A stretch of 53,782 nt of DNA, from positions 1-53,782 of IMG/VR virus record IMGVR_UViG_3300033149_004295, one strand, 5' to 3'. Positions 27,751 through 36,400 of the stretch are shown here, piece by piece. Origin of the DNA: a virus. Both the position numbers and the translations under genes were made by a program. Every line of letters begins with the position of its first letter. Position 1 is the stretch's first letter. The notes below the pieces were generated by a model that worked only from the letters and a program-made list of their open reading frames with translations, searched no databases and had not been told where the DNA came from.

Positions 27751-28716
27751 TTAGCAGTTATTACATATAAAATATCCAACGCCATAGAACTGTAACCCAT
27801 TATTTAATGCGTTAAAGGTCTCACATCCGGCTATTCCATCTACTCTAATACCGGCAAGTTTCTGAAACTCACGCACTGCTGCTTCAGTTTCCGGACCATA
27901 TATTCCATCTACGTCTAAGCCCGCGCCTATATATATGTTTAACGCGTTCTGTAACGCTTTTGTAACTGACATGCCTGTATACGGATGTCCTGCGCTTAAC
28001 TCCGGACAATAATCAAAAATATATTCAATTCTTCTTGTCGGTAGTGCTTCAAATGTTTTATACGGGCCGACGCTTGAACATCCATACTGGTTACACGCTG
28101 AAACTGCTACTGTATATGGAGAACCTGGAGCTATATCTGAAATGACGCATCTCGTAGAATATACCGTAGCAATTATACCTTCACCTTTATGGTGTATCTT
28201 ATAGTACTCAGCACTAGGCACAGAATCCCAACCGATTGTTATTTCTAATAGGTTTGCGTCAATTAAGTAAGGTGCTCCAGGTGTGGGAGGCACTTCTCCA
28301 GGAGGCGGCGGCGGGGGGGTAATAGGACCTGTAGGCGCAACTATAGACCTTAAAGTTTTATATTCTTCGCTTGCACCGTTCACGGAAAGAGTAAATACAA
28401 CATCCAGGTAGTTGCATCCTAGTTCTTCCTTAGAGGCAATTGGACCGGAATACATTGCGAATCTCATCGACTCGCCGGGTTGAAGCTTGCTTCCCGTTTC
28501 TCTGGCGTGCGAATAGTTGTCAACTCTACGATCTCTATCCCACCAAAAACGTCCCTGCACGACAGTAGTGCCGCTGCATGCTATAATACCGCTGACGCTA
28601 AAGTCTACGGGTTCGCCGCCGGTATTTTCGACTTCTATAATTGCTCGCACCACGTTGTTGTAACCTGGACTTACCCGGTTTGCGCTTATAACCTTTAAAC
28701 TCACATTATCCAGCAT
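27751..28716 (-). CDS. CARDB-like, FN3 and PG_binding_1 multidomain protein
   Basis: Poly-Pro linker. The FN3-like part is ITIGWDSVPSAEYYKIH...YTVAVSACN. C-terminal LDVDGIYGPETEAAVREFQ...VDGIAGCETFNAL is a peptidoglycan-binding domain. Confidence 0.65.
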   Translation of the reverse strand: MLDNVSLKVISANRVSPGYNNVVRAIIEVENTGGEPVDFSVSGIIACSGTTVVQGRFWWDRDRRVDNYSHARETGSKLQPGESMRFAMYSGPIASKEELGCNYLDVVFTLSVNGASEEYKTLRSIVAPTGPITPPPPPPGEVPPTPGAPYLIDANLLEITIGWDSVPSAEYYKIHHKGEGIIATVYSTRCVISDIAPGSPYTVAVSACNQYGCSSVGPYKTFEALPTRRIEYIFDYCPELSAGHPYTGMSVTKALQNALNIYIGAGLDVDGIYGPETEAAVREFQKLAGIRVDGIAGCETFNALNNGLQFYGVGYFICNNC

Positions 28717-28818
28717 AGGTTATAACCTCCAAGAAAATGAATTACATACCTGCATATTTGAATTTATTCAACTTTACTATAATAATACACTATTTAATGC
28801 GAATTGTATAGGGTTCAG

Positions 28819-29256
28819 CTAATTATTTTGATTGCCGTATATCTTGCGCAAGTAACTGTCAAACTTCTGTAAAAACATGACAACTTGTTTTTTGCACCAC
28901 GGTTTATGTTTTTTCAAGACCGCGCCGTGTTCAGGCAAATTTTCCTTTATTCTTCTTAAAAGCAAGTCTAAATCATCAGGGGATATAAGTTTTCTAAAAT
29001 TAGCGGCCTGGATTGCATAGTCTCTTATGACGTGTTCTGCATATCTTTGAAAAATCATGTTTTCTATAAATTCTACGATATTTTTGTCTTTAATTGCCGC
29101 CTCGTCTATCTCCTGTGGAGTTAAGTTTCTTAAAGCAGAAGAAAGGTTTTCCGCCACATAGCGAATCACCTTTCTTTTCATTAAGCTGTACTTCAGCGCG
29201 TTTTGAAAATCTTGCGAATACATTTTTGCTTTAATCTTATCTAAGACATTTTTCAT
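28819..29256 (-). CDS. Hypothetical protein
   Basis: 145-aa ORF overlapping the upstream gene by 4 nt. Confidence 0.5.
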   Translation of the reverse strand: MKNVLDKIKAKMYSQDFQNALKYSLMKRKVIRYVAENLSSALRNLTPQEIDEAAIKDKNIVEFIENMIFQRYAEHVIRDYAIQAANFRKLISPDDLDLLLRRIKENLPEHGAVLKKHKPWCKKQVVMFLQKFDSYLRKIYGNQNN

Positions 29257-30290
29257 TGTAGATCATCTTCCGTTTGCTTAGATTGACTTATATTTCGTTG
29301 ATTATTGCCGTCTACACCACTATGCGCTACTTCTTGCTGCACGCCGCAATAGGGGCATATAGGTTTGTCTGTGTACCTACTTAAAGTAAAAATGTTGTTA
29401 CAATTTCCGCACTGATAAGATACTCCTTGACTGTTACCATATTGGCTACCACTTTGGGTATTACTACTTATGTTATTACTGCTTCCCGTACTTCTAAATG
29501 CTTCTACAAAAGCACCGAGAAGGTCGGAAAGCTCGCCTCCAAAACTATTTGCCGCGCTCTTGATAGTGTCAAGTCTTTCTTTTTCAAGCCTAATCTGTTC
29601 TCTCGCCTTTTCGCGTTCCCTTTCGTCCTCCAGCAGCATTTTCAATATCTCGGCTTTAATTTGGCCGGACATCGCCTGCTCTTTTATCAAGTTTTCACGG
29701 TTGTTACTAATTCCAAGCCTTTCTTTAATTTTTTCGCTGAACGAAATTCTGTCGAGCAGTTCTTCTTCTACGCTCTTTTTACTGTTTGTGTTGCCGCCTA
29801 AAGCATTTTGCAGTTGATTTCTAAGCATTTGCGCTCCTATTTCTTGCAGCGTTTGTGTAAACGGGTCCGCGCTTTTTTCCGAAGATTTTTCCCCGAGTTT
29901 CTCGACAAGTTCCCGTATTTGCGCCTGCTGTTCCTTTAAATACCCGGTGAGTTCCGTGCGGAGCAGCTCGGCCTGCGTTTTCTGAACCTCTTGTCTGGCC
30001 TCTTTAACTTCTTCTTCACTCTTAACCCTGGCGTTGCGTTCGTACTCAGCCAATCCTTTATACACCTCGCTCACCTCTTTTAATCCTGAAGTTATAGAGT
30101 GCAGGTCAAGACCGGCATCTTTCAATAGCGATATTGGGTTACTGTTCTGTTCGCTGCCGGCAGCTTTCAGTATGGTGTCCATCTCCACTTTTTCCTTAAT
30201 GGCTCTTTTTAAGTCATCCATGCTTACTTTTTCTTCATCAAAAACATTGCTTTTTGCTTTTGATACGAGTTGGCTTATAGGTTTTCTCAC
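29253..30290 (-). CDS. Coiled-coil protein with a C-terminal zinc ribbon
   Basis: Long E/K/Q-rich heptad-like region. C-terminal CGNC...CPYCG. Confidence 0.5.
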   Translation of the reverse strand: MRKPISQLVSKAKSNVFDEEKVSMDDLKRAIKEKVEMDTILKAAGSEQNSNPISLLKDAGLDLHSITSGLKEVSEVYKGLAEYERNARVKSEEEVKEARQEVQKTQAELLRTELTGYLKEQQAQIRELVEKLGEKSSEKSADPFTQTLQEIGAQMLRNQLQNALGGNTNSKKSVEEELLDRISFSEKIKERLGISNNRENLIKEQAMSGQIKAEILKMLLEDEREREKAREQIRLEKERLDTIKSAANSFGGELSDLLGAFVEAFRSTGSSNNISSNTQSGSQYGNSQGVSYQCGNCNNIFTLSRYTDKPICPYCGVQQEVAHSGVDGNNQRNISQSKQTEDDLQ

Positions 30291-30778
30291 TGTTGCTCCC
30301 CTCCTTCACTAATGAATTGCTGTACTTCCGGCCTGTTCCTAAACAGCACGTCAAACCCTAACTCCGGATGCTCCTGGTAAAAAGCAAGTATGCAATCTGT
30401 TATCCACTCCTCGAAGGTTGTCTCCCCGTAAGATTCAGGAAACTTGGCCCTGGCTAGCTCGTACAGAACCCACAATTCCGGATCAAGGTCCACTTTTAAA
30501 AACTTGCTTTCTCCGCGTATTGGAGATGTCTTTCTGCCGCTGCTTTTTGGCGTCTTGTCTAACGCTTTCGGTTTTACATACCCTTCTTTTATGGCCTTTT
30601 TTATGTTCTGGCCCTGTACAAGCACTTCCCCGGTTTCCTCGTCTATTAGTCCTACTGCCTTGTGTTCGGCATCCGGTTCATCTTGTTTGGCGTCCCAAAT
30701 GTGCTTCATTAACTGCCCGTAACCTTCGCGGTTTCCAGTCTCTTTAAATACTTCGCCGCATGAACACTGCCAAATCAA
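30287..30778 (-). CDS. Hypothetical protein (first gene of the minus-strand operon)
   Basis: TTG start behind a TAAGGAGGGG RBS (reverse complement of 30785-30794); 163 aa. Confidence 0.55.
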   Translation of the reverse strand: MIWQCSCGEVFKETGNREGYGQLMKHIWDAKQDEPDAEHKAVGLIDEETGEVLVQGQNIKKAIKEGYVKPKALDKTPKSSGRKTSPIRGESKFLKVDLDPELWVLYELARAKFPESYGETTFEEWITDCILAFYQEHPELGFDVLFRNRPEVQQFISEGGEQQ

Positions 30779-30810
30779 TTGACGACCCCTCCTTAATGTT
30801 GTTTTTCTAT

Positions 30811-31027
30811 TTCCCGAGAAGCTGTATCCGGGAAGATATTTTTACAATAATATTGTTTTTGCTTTTCCCGAGAAGGCTATATTCGGGAAAATATTTTTAC
30901 AGTATTTTCCTCTCCGGAAATCCCGAGAGTATATTTGTCATATTTGTTTGTATTATATTCAATTATAACAGACTTTCCCGAGAGAAGTAACCCTTTCCCG
31001 AGAAAATAATTTTAATTTTCCCGAGGT
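30811..31027. promoter_or_regulatory. Divergent control region with six TTCCCGAG(A) boxes, two of them inside ~45-bp direct repeats that form inverted-repeat operators
   Basis: TTCCCGagaagctgtatCCGGGAA is at 30811-30834 and TTTTCCCGAgaaggctataTTCGGGAAAA at 30864-30892. Single boxes lie near 30921, 30975, 30994 and 31017. Confidence 0.65.
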
Positions 31028-31045
31028 GATAATATTCAAGTACAA

Positions 31046-31075
31046 TTGACATTAATGCGTCTAAAGATGTAATAT
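31046..31075 (+). promoter_or_regulatory. Sigma-A-type promoter candidate for the 31086 operon
   Basis: TTGACA (31046-31051), 18-nt spacer, TAATAT (31070-31075). Confidence 0.5.
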
Positions 31076-31085
31076 CTATTTAGGG

Positions 31086-31784
31086 GTGATAAAATTGGCC
31101 GGCTTGGACAGCTTAATTAATTTTGGAGTAAAAAAGCTTGTAGACTATGGAATTAATAAGGCTTTGTCATCAGCAGCCACGCCAAAAATAGACAAAACAA
31201 GCAGGTTAGACAGGCTAGATCAAATGATAAAACGGCTGGATGACATAGCGAAACAGGAGAGCAGTAACCCAAATAGCAGTTCAGTCTCTTTAAATGGAGA
31301 AATAAACAGCCACAGTGATGATGTTGCCGTAAGCTGCGTAGCGTGTGCAAGAGCGCATTTCTCAACAGTATCGGGGTCTCTAAAAGAGGCGTTAAGGTTT
31401 GCAAGAAATGAACCGGAAGGTGTGGCTCATCCGGAAGTGCAGGTTAGATTAAGCACAGCGGAAGAAGAGATAGATGTCTTAGAGAGGTTTGACTGGACTC
31501 CTGAAAAAGTGATCAACTCGCCGGAGCGTGAAAGAGAAATTATACAAGAATTTCAGCCAAAGGTGCGGGAATTAAGGCAAAAGATCCATACTATTGCTAC
31601 CCCGGACGACCTAGAAGAAGCTGCCGCAATTGCCGGAAAACTTGCTGCCGATTTTAGAATGGCAGTATTAAGGCTTCATGGCGTAAACACCAATGCCGTA
31701 CAGGAACTGGCAAAGAAAGTAAGCAACGGTGAAATCAGCATTGATGACGCGAAGAAAGAAGTTAGAGAAATGGTTGGTAAGTAA
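31086..31784 (+). CDS. Hypothetical protein
   Basis: 232-aa ORF. The start is uncertain because the predicted transcription start is very close. Confidence 0.5.
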   Translation: MIKLAGLDSLINFGVKKLVDYGINKALSSAATPKIDKTSRLDRLDQMIKRLDDIAKQESSNPNSSSVSLNGEINSHSDDVAVSCVACARAHFSTVSGSLKEALRFARNEPEGVAHPEVQVRLSTAEEEIDVLERFDWTPEKVINSPEREREIIQEFQPKVRELRQKIHTIATPDDLEEAAAIAGKLAADFRMAVLRLHGVNTNAVQELAKKVSNGEISIDDAKKEVREMVGK

Positions 31785-31799
31785 AGGAGGTAGCCCTAA

Positions 31800-32555
31800 T
31801 TGCCGACCTATAAAGAAATTGAGAAGCAATTGCTAGAAGAAACTATAAAATGTGTTGAATGTCATGAAGATGACGGGTTATTCCACCGAACAACAGTTAA
31901 AAATCTGGAAAAGATTAAAGAATCCGGCAAGTTAACACCTTCGGAAATCGGCGCAATAAGTTTATCTTCCTCGGACGAACATACTTACGGCGGCAACATA
32001 AGAATAGTTTTTGATGAAGATAAAATAAATCAGCCTTTAGAAAAAATGTGCTATATAAGTGACGAGAATAGCGAGCAAAAATACGATAGAATATCGGACC
32101 GTGAAGTTAGAGAAAGAAGTTATATGGAAAAGTTTCCAATATATGCCTATAATAAGTTTGCCGCAGACATGGGTATTACTCATGGCATCTACAAAAGCGA
32201 ATGTGAAGTGATGGCAAGAAAACCAATATCGCTAGACAAAATTAAAAAAATTGAATACTGGCTTGCACCAAAGACTATGGACTTTAACCCTTCTTGCAAT
32301 AACTACCACCCGCACTCGATAGACATTCAAGATATTACGTGGGGTAAGACACAGGGAGAGATAATGAAAGCCAAAAAAATAGCAGAAGAGCTTGGAGTAC
32401 CGTTTGAAGTTAAGTCGTGCTTTAATGCCGCAGTTGACTATATGTTCGGTATACGTAAATACTACCCTCTTGATAAAGAAAATCTCGAAAGAATAAAAAA
32501 CGGCAAAGAACCAGTTGGACAAAAAGAACCAATTAAGTTAAAGTGCCGCTGCTAA
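31800..32555 (+). CDS. Hypothetical protein
   Basis: TTG start after an AAAGGAGG RBS; 251 aa. Confidence 0.55.
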   Translation: MPTYKEIEKQLLEETIKCVECHEDDGLFHRTTVKNLEKIKESGKLTPSEIGAISLSSSDEHTYGGNIRIVFDEDKINQPLEKMCYISDENSEQKYDRISDREVRERSYMEKFPIYAYNKFAADMGITHGIYKSECEVMARKPISLDKIKKIEYWLAPKTMDFNPSCNNYHPHSIDIQDITWGKTQGEIMKAKKIAEELGVPFEVKSCFNAAVDYMFGIRKYYPLDKENLERIKNGKEPVGQKEPIKLKCRC

Positions 32556-32597
32556 TTGATTAAATTTCAGAATAAGTATTGAAAGAGGGCAAATATA

Positions 32598-32879
32598 ATG
32601 ATTACTTGTATATCAAAGAATCTTAAAGATATACTTATTGAAGAACTAATAAGCAGAGATGTTGACGACAATGTTATAAATAACTTAAATTCCATACCCG
32701 AGTGTAAAGACGGATCTCAAATTGGTTTTTTAAATAGCGAAAAAGCTAAAAAACCTAAAAGCAGATACCAAAGTTTTATGAGTGAGTGTATGAGATCAAA
32801 AAATATTAAAAAATTCGGTGATGCTTCTAAGGCAATGAAAGAGTGTGCTACAGAATGGAATAGACTAAAAGAAGGATAA
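32598..32879 (+). CDS. Hypothetical small protein (MKEC-motif family member)
   Basis: The C-terminal ASKAMKECATEW is shared with the next two small ORFs. Confidence 0.5.
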   Translation: MITCISKNLKDILIEELISRDVDDNVINNLNSIPECKDGSQIGFLNSEKAKKPKSRYQSFMSECMRSKNIKKFGDASKAMKECATEWNRLKEG

Positions 32880-32892
32880 TAGTCTTGCTTAG

Positions 32893-32921
32893 TTGAATAT
32901 ATTCATATAGAGTGTTATAAT
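32893..32921 (+). promoter_or_regulatory. Sigma-A-type promoter candidate with a TG-extended -10
   Basis: TTGAAT (32893-32898), 17-nt spacer, tgtTATAAT (-10 at 32916-32921). Confidence 0.55.
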
Positions 32922-32976
32922 TATCATAGGCAAATAAAGCAAAATGTTACAATTGAACCGAAAGGGGGTTGTGTCA

Positions 32977-33231
32977 ATGGCTCTTGCTGGCAAGCTTACC
33001 ATGAAAGACTTTGTTCTGAAGCGTCGGCCCAAACAGTATAAGGCGCGTGACGCTGCTTATGCAGTAGGTGGCAATTCTGGGTTCTATATTGCTTCGTATC
33101 CAAGCCCGTATCCCCTGACACCGCAGCAAAAGAAAATTCAATCGGCAGCCAGAGAGTGTGGTATAAGGCCCGGCATCTCGAAAGCAGAGTTACAGAAAGC
33201 AATGAAAGAGTGTATTCCTACCAAGTTCTAA
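32977..33231 (+). CDS. Hypothetical small protein (MKEC-motif paralogue)
   Basis: In-frame ATG after an AAAGGGGG RBS. ECGIRPGISKAELQKAMKECIP parallels YCGIRKGMSKEELQKSMKECIP in 33316-33504. Confidence 0.5.
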   Translation: MALAGKLTMKDFVLKRRPKQYKARDAAYAVGGNSGFYIASYPSPYPLTPQQKKIQSAARECGIRPGISKAELQKAMKECIPTKF

Positions 33232-33315
33232 AAATATTTTTGCCCTGTCACTATATATGGGGGAGTCTTTTACTAGACTTCCCCATCTTGGTGTATCAGG
33301 AGGTTAGTTTTTTCA

Positions 33316-33504
33316 ATGAAATTCAGATTTATTGTAAAAAGGAGGCCGAAAGAGTACAGGGCCACTAAACAGCAGATACATTTCAAAAAAGCACTGGAAT
33401 ACTGTGGTATTAGAAAGGGCATGTCTAAAGAAGAACTTCAAAAATCAATGAAAGAGTGCATCCCTGAATACTGGAAAAAAGTAAGAAGGGGTGAGATAGA
33501 TTAG
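33316..33504 (+). CDS. Hypothetical small protein (MKEC-motif paralogue)
   Basis: See 32977-33231. AGGAGG RBS upstream. Confidence 0.5.
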   Translation: MKFRFIVKRRPKEYRATKQQIHFKKALEYCGIRKGMSKEELQKSMKECIPEYWKKVRRGEID

Positions 33505-33523
33505 CAGGAGAACTATCAAAATT

Positions 33524-33772
33524 TTGTTGTCTGAACATTGCGGTCCATGTAAGAGAATAAAAGAAGCACTTAAAGAAATAAAAAACGAAGGTATAGACGG
33601 CTACGATATAGAGGTACTCAATGCTGAGAACGACAAAGAGGCAGAAAAAATGGTTGAGTTAATAAATAAATATAATATTGAGTTTGTTCCTGCCGCTATA
33701 ATAGAGGACCAGGTTTGCAATATTGGCGTAAATAAGAAAAAAGAACTATTTTTTAATTGTAATAGGGAATAG
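33524..33772 (+). CDS. Thioredoxin/glutaredoxin-fold protein (CGPC active site)
   Basis: CGPC lies at residues 6-9 of the track ORF. The frame is open from 33500, so the true (possibly non-canonical) start may be a few codons upstream. Confidence 0.55.
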   Translation: MLSEHCGPCKRIKEALKEIKNEGIDGYDIEVLNAENDKEAEKMVELINKYNIEFVPAAIIEDQVCNIGVNKKKELFFNCNRE

Positions 33773-33779
33773 TTTCCGG

Positions 33780-33805
33780 CACCTTTTGAAATAAAGGTGT
33801 TTTTA
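33780..33805 (+). terminator. Rho-independent terminator
   Basis: cacctttTGAAATaaaggtg 7-bp stem followed by TTTTT. Confidence 0.6.
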
Positions 33806-33806
33806 T

Positions 33807-34433
33807 TTAGAGGCATTTTTTCTGAACTTTTGCAAGCAATGGTGCCTTCTTGCTTATAATCTCCACGTTGTCAAAGTATTTTTTGAGCAGCTCTTTTAAC
33901 TCACTACTGTTGAATAATTTCTGAAATGTTCCCTTGACGGTGATAACACCATCCTCATGCGGCTCACCAGCAATCTTTTCAGAGTCATCCCTGACTGAAA
34001 AATAAGCATGTCCGCACGGTTTTAAAACCCTCTCTATATCCTTTATTATTAACTCTCTTGTTTCTTTTGGAACTGTGTTAAGTACATAGTTATTCAAAAC
34101 AACATCATAAGTATTATCAGTTAAAATTTCAGGTGTATTTCTCCAGTAAGGGTCGTATCCTTGTATATGTTCTCTTAACCATTCGACATCTTTGCCCTTA
34201 CCCTGTCCGTAGTCCAATATTTTTTTCTGTATCTCACCGGCAATCATTTTAGTCGGCCTGCTGGGTTGTTTTCTTGATATAGCGGTTTTATAAGACTTGA
34301 CGACATCCGGGACACCCTTAACTTCTTTCGGTGTACATACACATTCGCAGGTAATTCCAAGCCTGCTTTCAATTTCGGATAAAAGTCCCTCTGCTATACT
34401 CTTATTATCTATATTGCCTTTAACTGCCGCCAT
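33807..34433 (-). CDS. Class I SAM-dependent methyltransferase-like protein
   Basis: YDVVLNNYVLNTVP...ERVLKPCGHAYFSV resembles post-I/motif II-III methyltransferase segments. The substrate is unknown. Confidence 0.5.
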   Translation of the reverse strand: MAAVKGNIDNKSIAEGLLSEIESRLGITCECVCTPKEVKGVPDVVKSYKTAISRKQPSRPTKMIAGEIQKKILDYGQGKGKDVEWLREHIQGYDPYWRNTPEILTDNTYDVVLNNYVLNTVPKETRELIIKDIERVLKPCGHAYFSVRDDSEKIAGEPHEDGVITVKGTFQKLFNSSELKELLKKYFDNVEIISKKAPLLAKVQKKCL

Positions 34434-34447
34434 TTTATCACCTCGAC

Positions 34448-35095
34448 TTACCTGGGGAATAAACGTCCAAGCAGAAAATAACCGATTATTCCTGCACCGG
34501 CCAGGATTAAAAATATATACCAGTCCTCCGGAATGAGAGGTATCTTAATTCCCGAATACTCTCTTATTCCGTCAGCTATTGCTTCGGCAGCTCGGGCGCG
34601 AAAGTCGGGATTATTTAATTTACTTTCATCTTCCTGGTTGCTTAGAAATCCGACCTCAATAAGACACGCTGTAGCGTTTGTGTTGCGGAGAACTGCCAGA
34701 CCGATAGAATAAAGTGAACTGTCCGGTTTTACTCCACGGTCAAACATTTCAAGTTTTGTAACTACGTTGTAATGTACCGCTTGCGCAAATGGTATGTTGC
34801 TCGTTTTCTGAAAGTGATAGTAAGTTTCGGTACCTTTTGCGTATGGACTTGATGAAGCGTTGCAGTGTATGGACACGAACAAGTCCGCGCCGGCATTGTT
34901 AGATATTCTCGACCTCTCTTCTAGGCTGACGTACTTGTCGCTATCCCTGGTCATTATTACGTCAATGCCCGGCACCCGGTTTAAAATATCGCGCAGTTTC
35001 AAGCCTATGTCTAAATTTATTACTTTTTCATCAATAGCACCGGCGGTAGTGCCCGGATCACTGCCGCCATGCCCAGGATCTATACATACCAGCAT
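34448..35095 (-). CDS. N-acetylmuramoyl-L-alanine amidase (Amidase_3, CwlD/CwlC-like) with a C-terminal TM anchor
   Basis: VCIDPGHGGSDPG...DLFVSIHCNA...TETYY...LIEVGFLSN signature. C-terminal helix WYIFLILAGAGIIGYFLLG. The ATG at 35095 sits behind a GAAAGGAGGG RBS. Confidence 0.85.
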   Translation of the reverse strand: MLVCIDPGHGGSDPGTTAGAIDEKVINLDIGLKLRDILNRVPGIDVIMTRDSDKYVSLEERSRISNNAGADLFVSIHCNASSSPYAKGTETYYHFQKTSNIPFAQAVHYNVVTKLEMFDRGVKPDSSLYSIGLAVLRNTNATACLIEVGFLSNQEDESKLNNPDFRARAAEAIADGIREYSGIKIPLIPEDWYIFLILAGAGIIGYFLLGRLFPR

Positions 35096-35108
35096 ATTTA
35101 CCCTCCTT

Positions 35109-35414
35109 TCAGTTAAAAGCAAATACCGCTAAAGCACTTACTATTCCCACCAGGACCGTTATGATTATGCTTGTGGCCCACGTCGGCCTGTTGGACCAGT
35201 CCTTATACAGCGAGTCAACTCTTTTGGTAAGCGTATCTATTTGCTGCGTATGAAACTCCGACCTTTCGTCTAATTTGCTAAGTAATTTCATCATTGAAAA
35301 AATTATTGACTCAGAGCTATTGTTGCCACCGGGGTTAAGACTGTTATGGTAATTTGGCTCGCCGCTGTTTCTGTCGTTATGTAACTTTTTATCCAGAACG
35401 ACCTTATTTCCCAT
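35109..35414 (-). CDS. xhlA: XhlA-like (haemolysin XhlA family) lysis-associated membrane protein
   Basis: Coiled-coil segment LSKLDERSEFHTQQIDTLTKRVDSL, then the C-terminal TM helix ATSIIITVLVGIVSALAVFAF. Lies directly upstream of the amidase, as in PBSX-type lysis cassettes. Confidence 0.5.
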   Translation of the reverse strand: MGNKVVLDKKLHNDRNSGEPNYHNSLNPGGNNSSESIIFSMMKLLSKLDERSEFHTQQIDTLTKRVDSLYKDWSNRPTWATSIIITVLVGIVSALAVFAFN

Positions 35415-35473
35415 ACTTATACCCCTAACTCGTATTGTTTTTATAATCCTTTAAACTATTTTACCTTAATTAG

Positions 35474-35502
35474 TTGACTATATTCAAGTTTATATGTATA
35501 CT
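35474..35502 (+). promoter_or_regulatory. Sigma-A-type promoter candidate for the recombinase gene
   Basis: TTGACT (35474-35479), 17-nt spacer, TATACT (35497-35502). The -10 overlaps the track ATG at 35494, which argues for the downstream TTG start. Confidence 0.55.
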
Positions 35503-35544
35503 TTCAATAAAGATATTTTCCATAAGAAAAAGGAGTTGAAAGTC

Positions 35545-36399
35545 TTGTCTGAACTAAATCTGGACGAAATGATCAAAGAATACTCCGAATCAATAAGGGG
35601 AGGACACAATGTATATGTCCCATTTATAGAACGCTTTCTGAAGGATTGTAAAGGCGATTTTTCCAGAAGTGCAGTAGATAAACACATTAGAAGGCTCAGA
35701 GATAAAAAATATGCAGACGGAACAATAGATCTTGTGTTCAGAACCATTAGAAGGTTTTATAAAGTCAATGGTTTAGAATGGCCCTTTAGAGCCGGTGAGG
35801 GACCGACAGTGAGGGAAAGAGAAGTATACGCGCCGGCACTCGATCCGAAAGTTGTCGCGAAAATGATAAAAGTCGTTAAAGAGAAAGCACCAAAAAAACC
35901 TGAAGCAACTTTTCTTGCCTTATCCACCACCTACGGGTTAAGGAGGACTGAAATGGCAAGCATAGACGCAAGCAATATTGACTTAGAAAATAAAGTAATT
36001 TTTATCGAAACTGCAAAGCATGGCCGACAGAGATACCACTTGATACCGGATGAAATAATTCCGTATATCAAGTACGACTTTCCGAGAATTTCTGTCTCAA
36101 GGCTGACAAAGATTTACTATAACATTGAAAAAATGACTGGCCTTCCTCGCATGAGAGAAGTGGGCTGGCACTCAATTAGAAGAATACTCGACAAGTTGCT
36201 GTACGACGCAGGGCTGCCGGGGCCTTTAATCAGCGATTTCCTCAGATGGAAAAGAGGCGGCAGCGATATGTCCAGGAGATACTACTCGGCCACCATTGTT
36301 GGCGAGGAAGGGAATATGGTCGAAGTAGGTCCCGGCGACAGAAGCGTGGACGAAAAGGTTTTTGAGGTACATCCTTTTCTGCATTTATGGGGGGATTGA
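35545..36399 (+). CDS. Tyrosine recombinase/integrase
   Basis: TTYGLRRTE (Arg I)...HSIRR (His-x-x-Arg)...RRYY (Tyr) motifs. TTG start after an AGGAG RBS; the track ORF starts at 35494. Confidence 0.75.
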   Translation: MSELNLDEMIKEYSESIRGGHNVYVPFIERFLKDCKGDFSRSAVDKHIRRLRDKKYADGTIDLVFRTIRRFYKVNGLEWPFRAGEGPTVREREVYAPALDPKVVAKMIKVVKEKAPKKPEATFLALSTTYGLRRTEMASIDASNIDLENKVIFIETAKHGRQRYHLIPDEIIPYIKYDFPRISVSRLTKIYYNIEKMTGLPRMREVGWHSIRRILDKLLYDAGLPGPLISDFLRWKRGGSDMSRRYYSATIVGEEGNMVEVGPGDRSVDEKVFEVHPFLHLWGD

Positions 36400-36400
36400 C

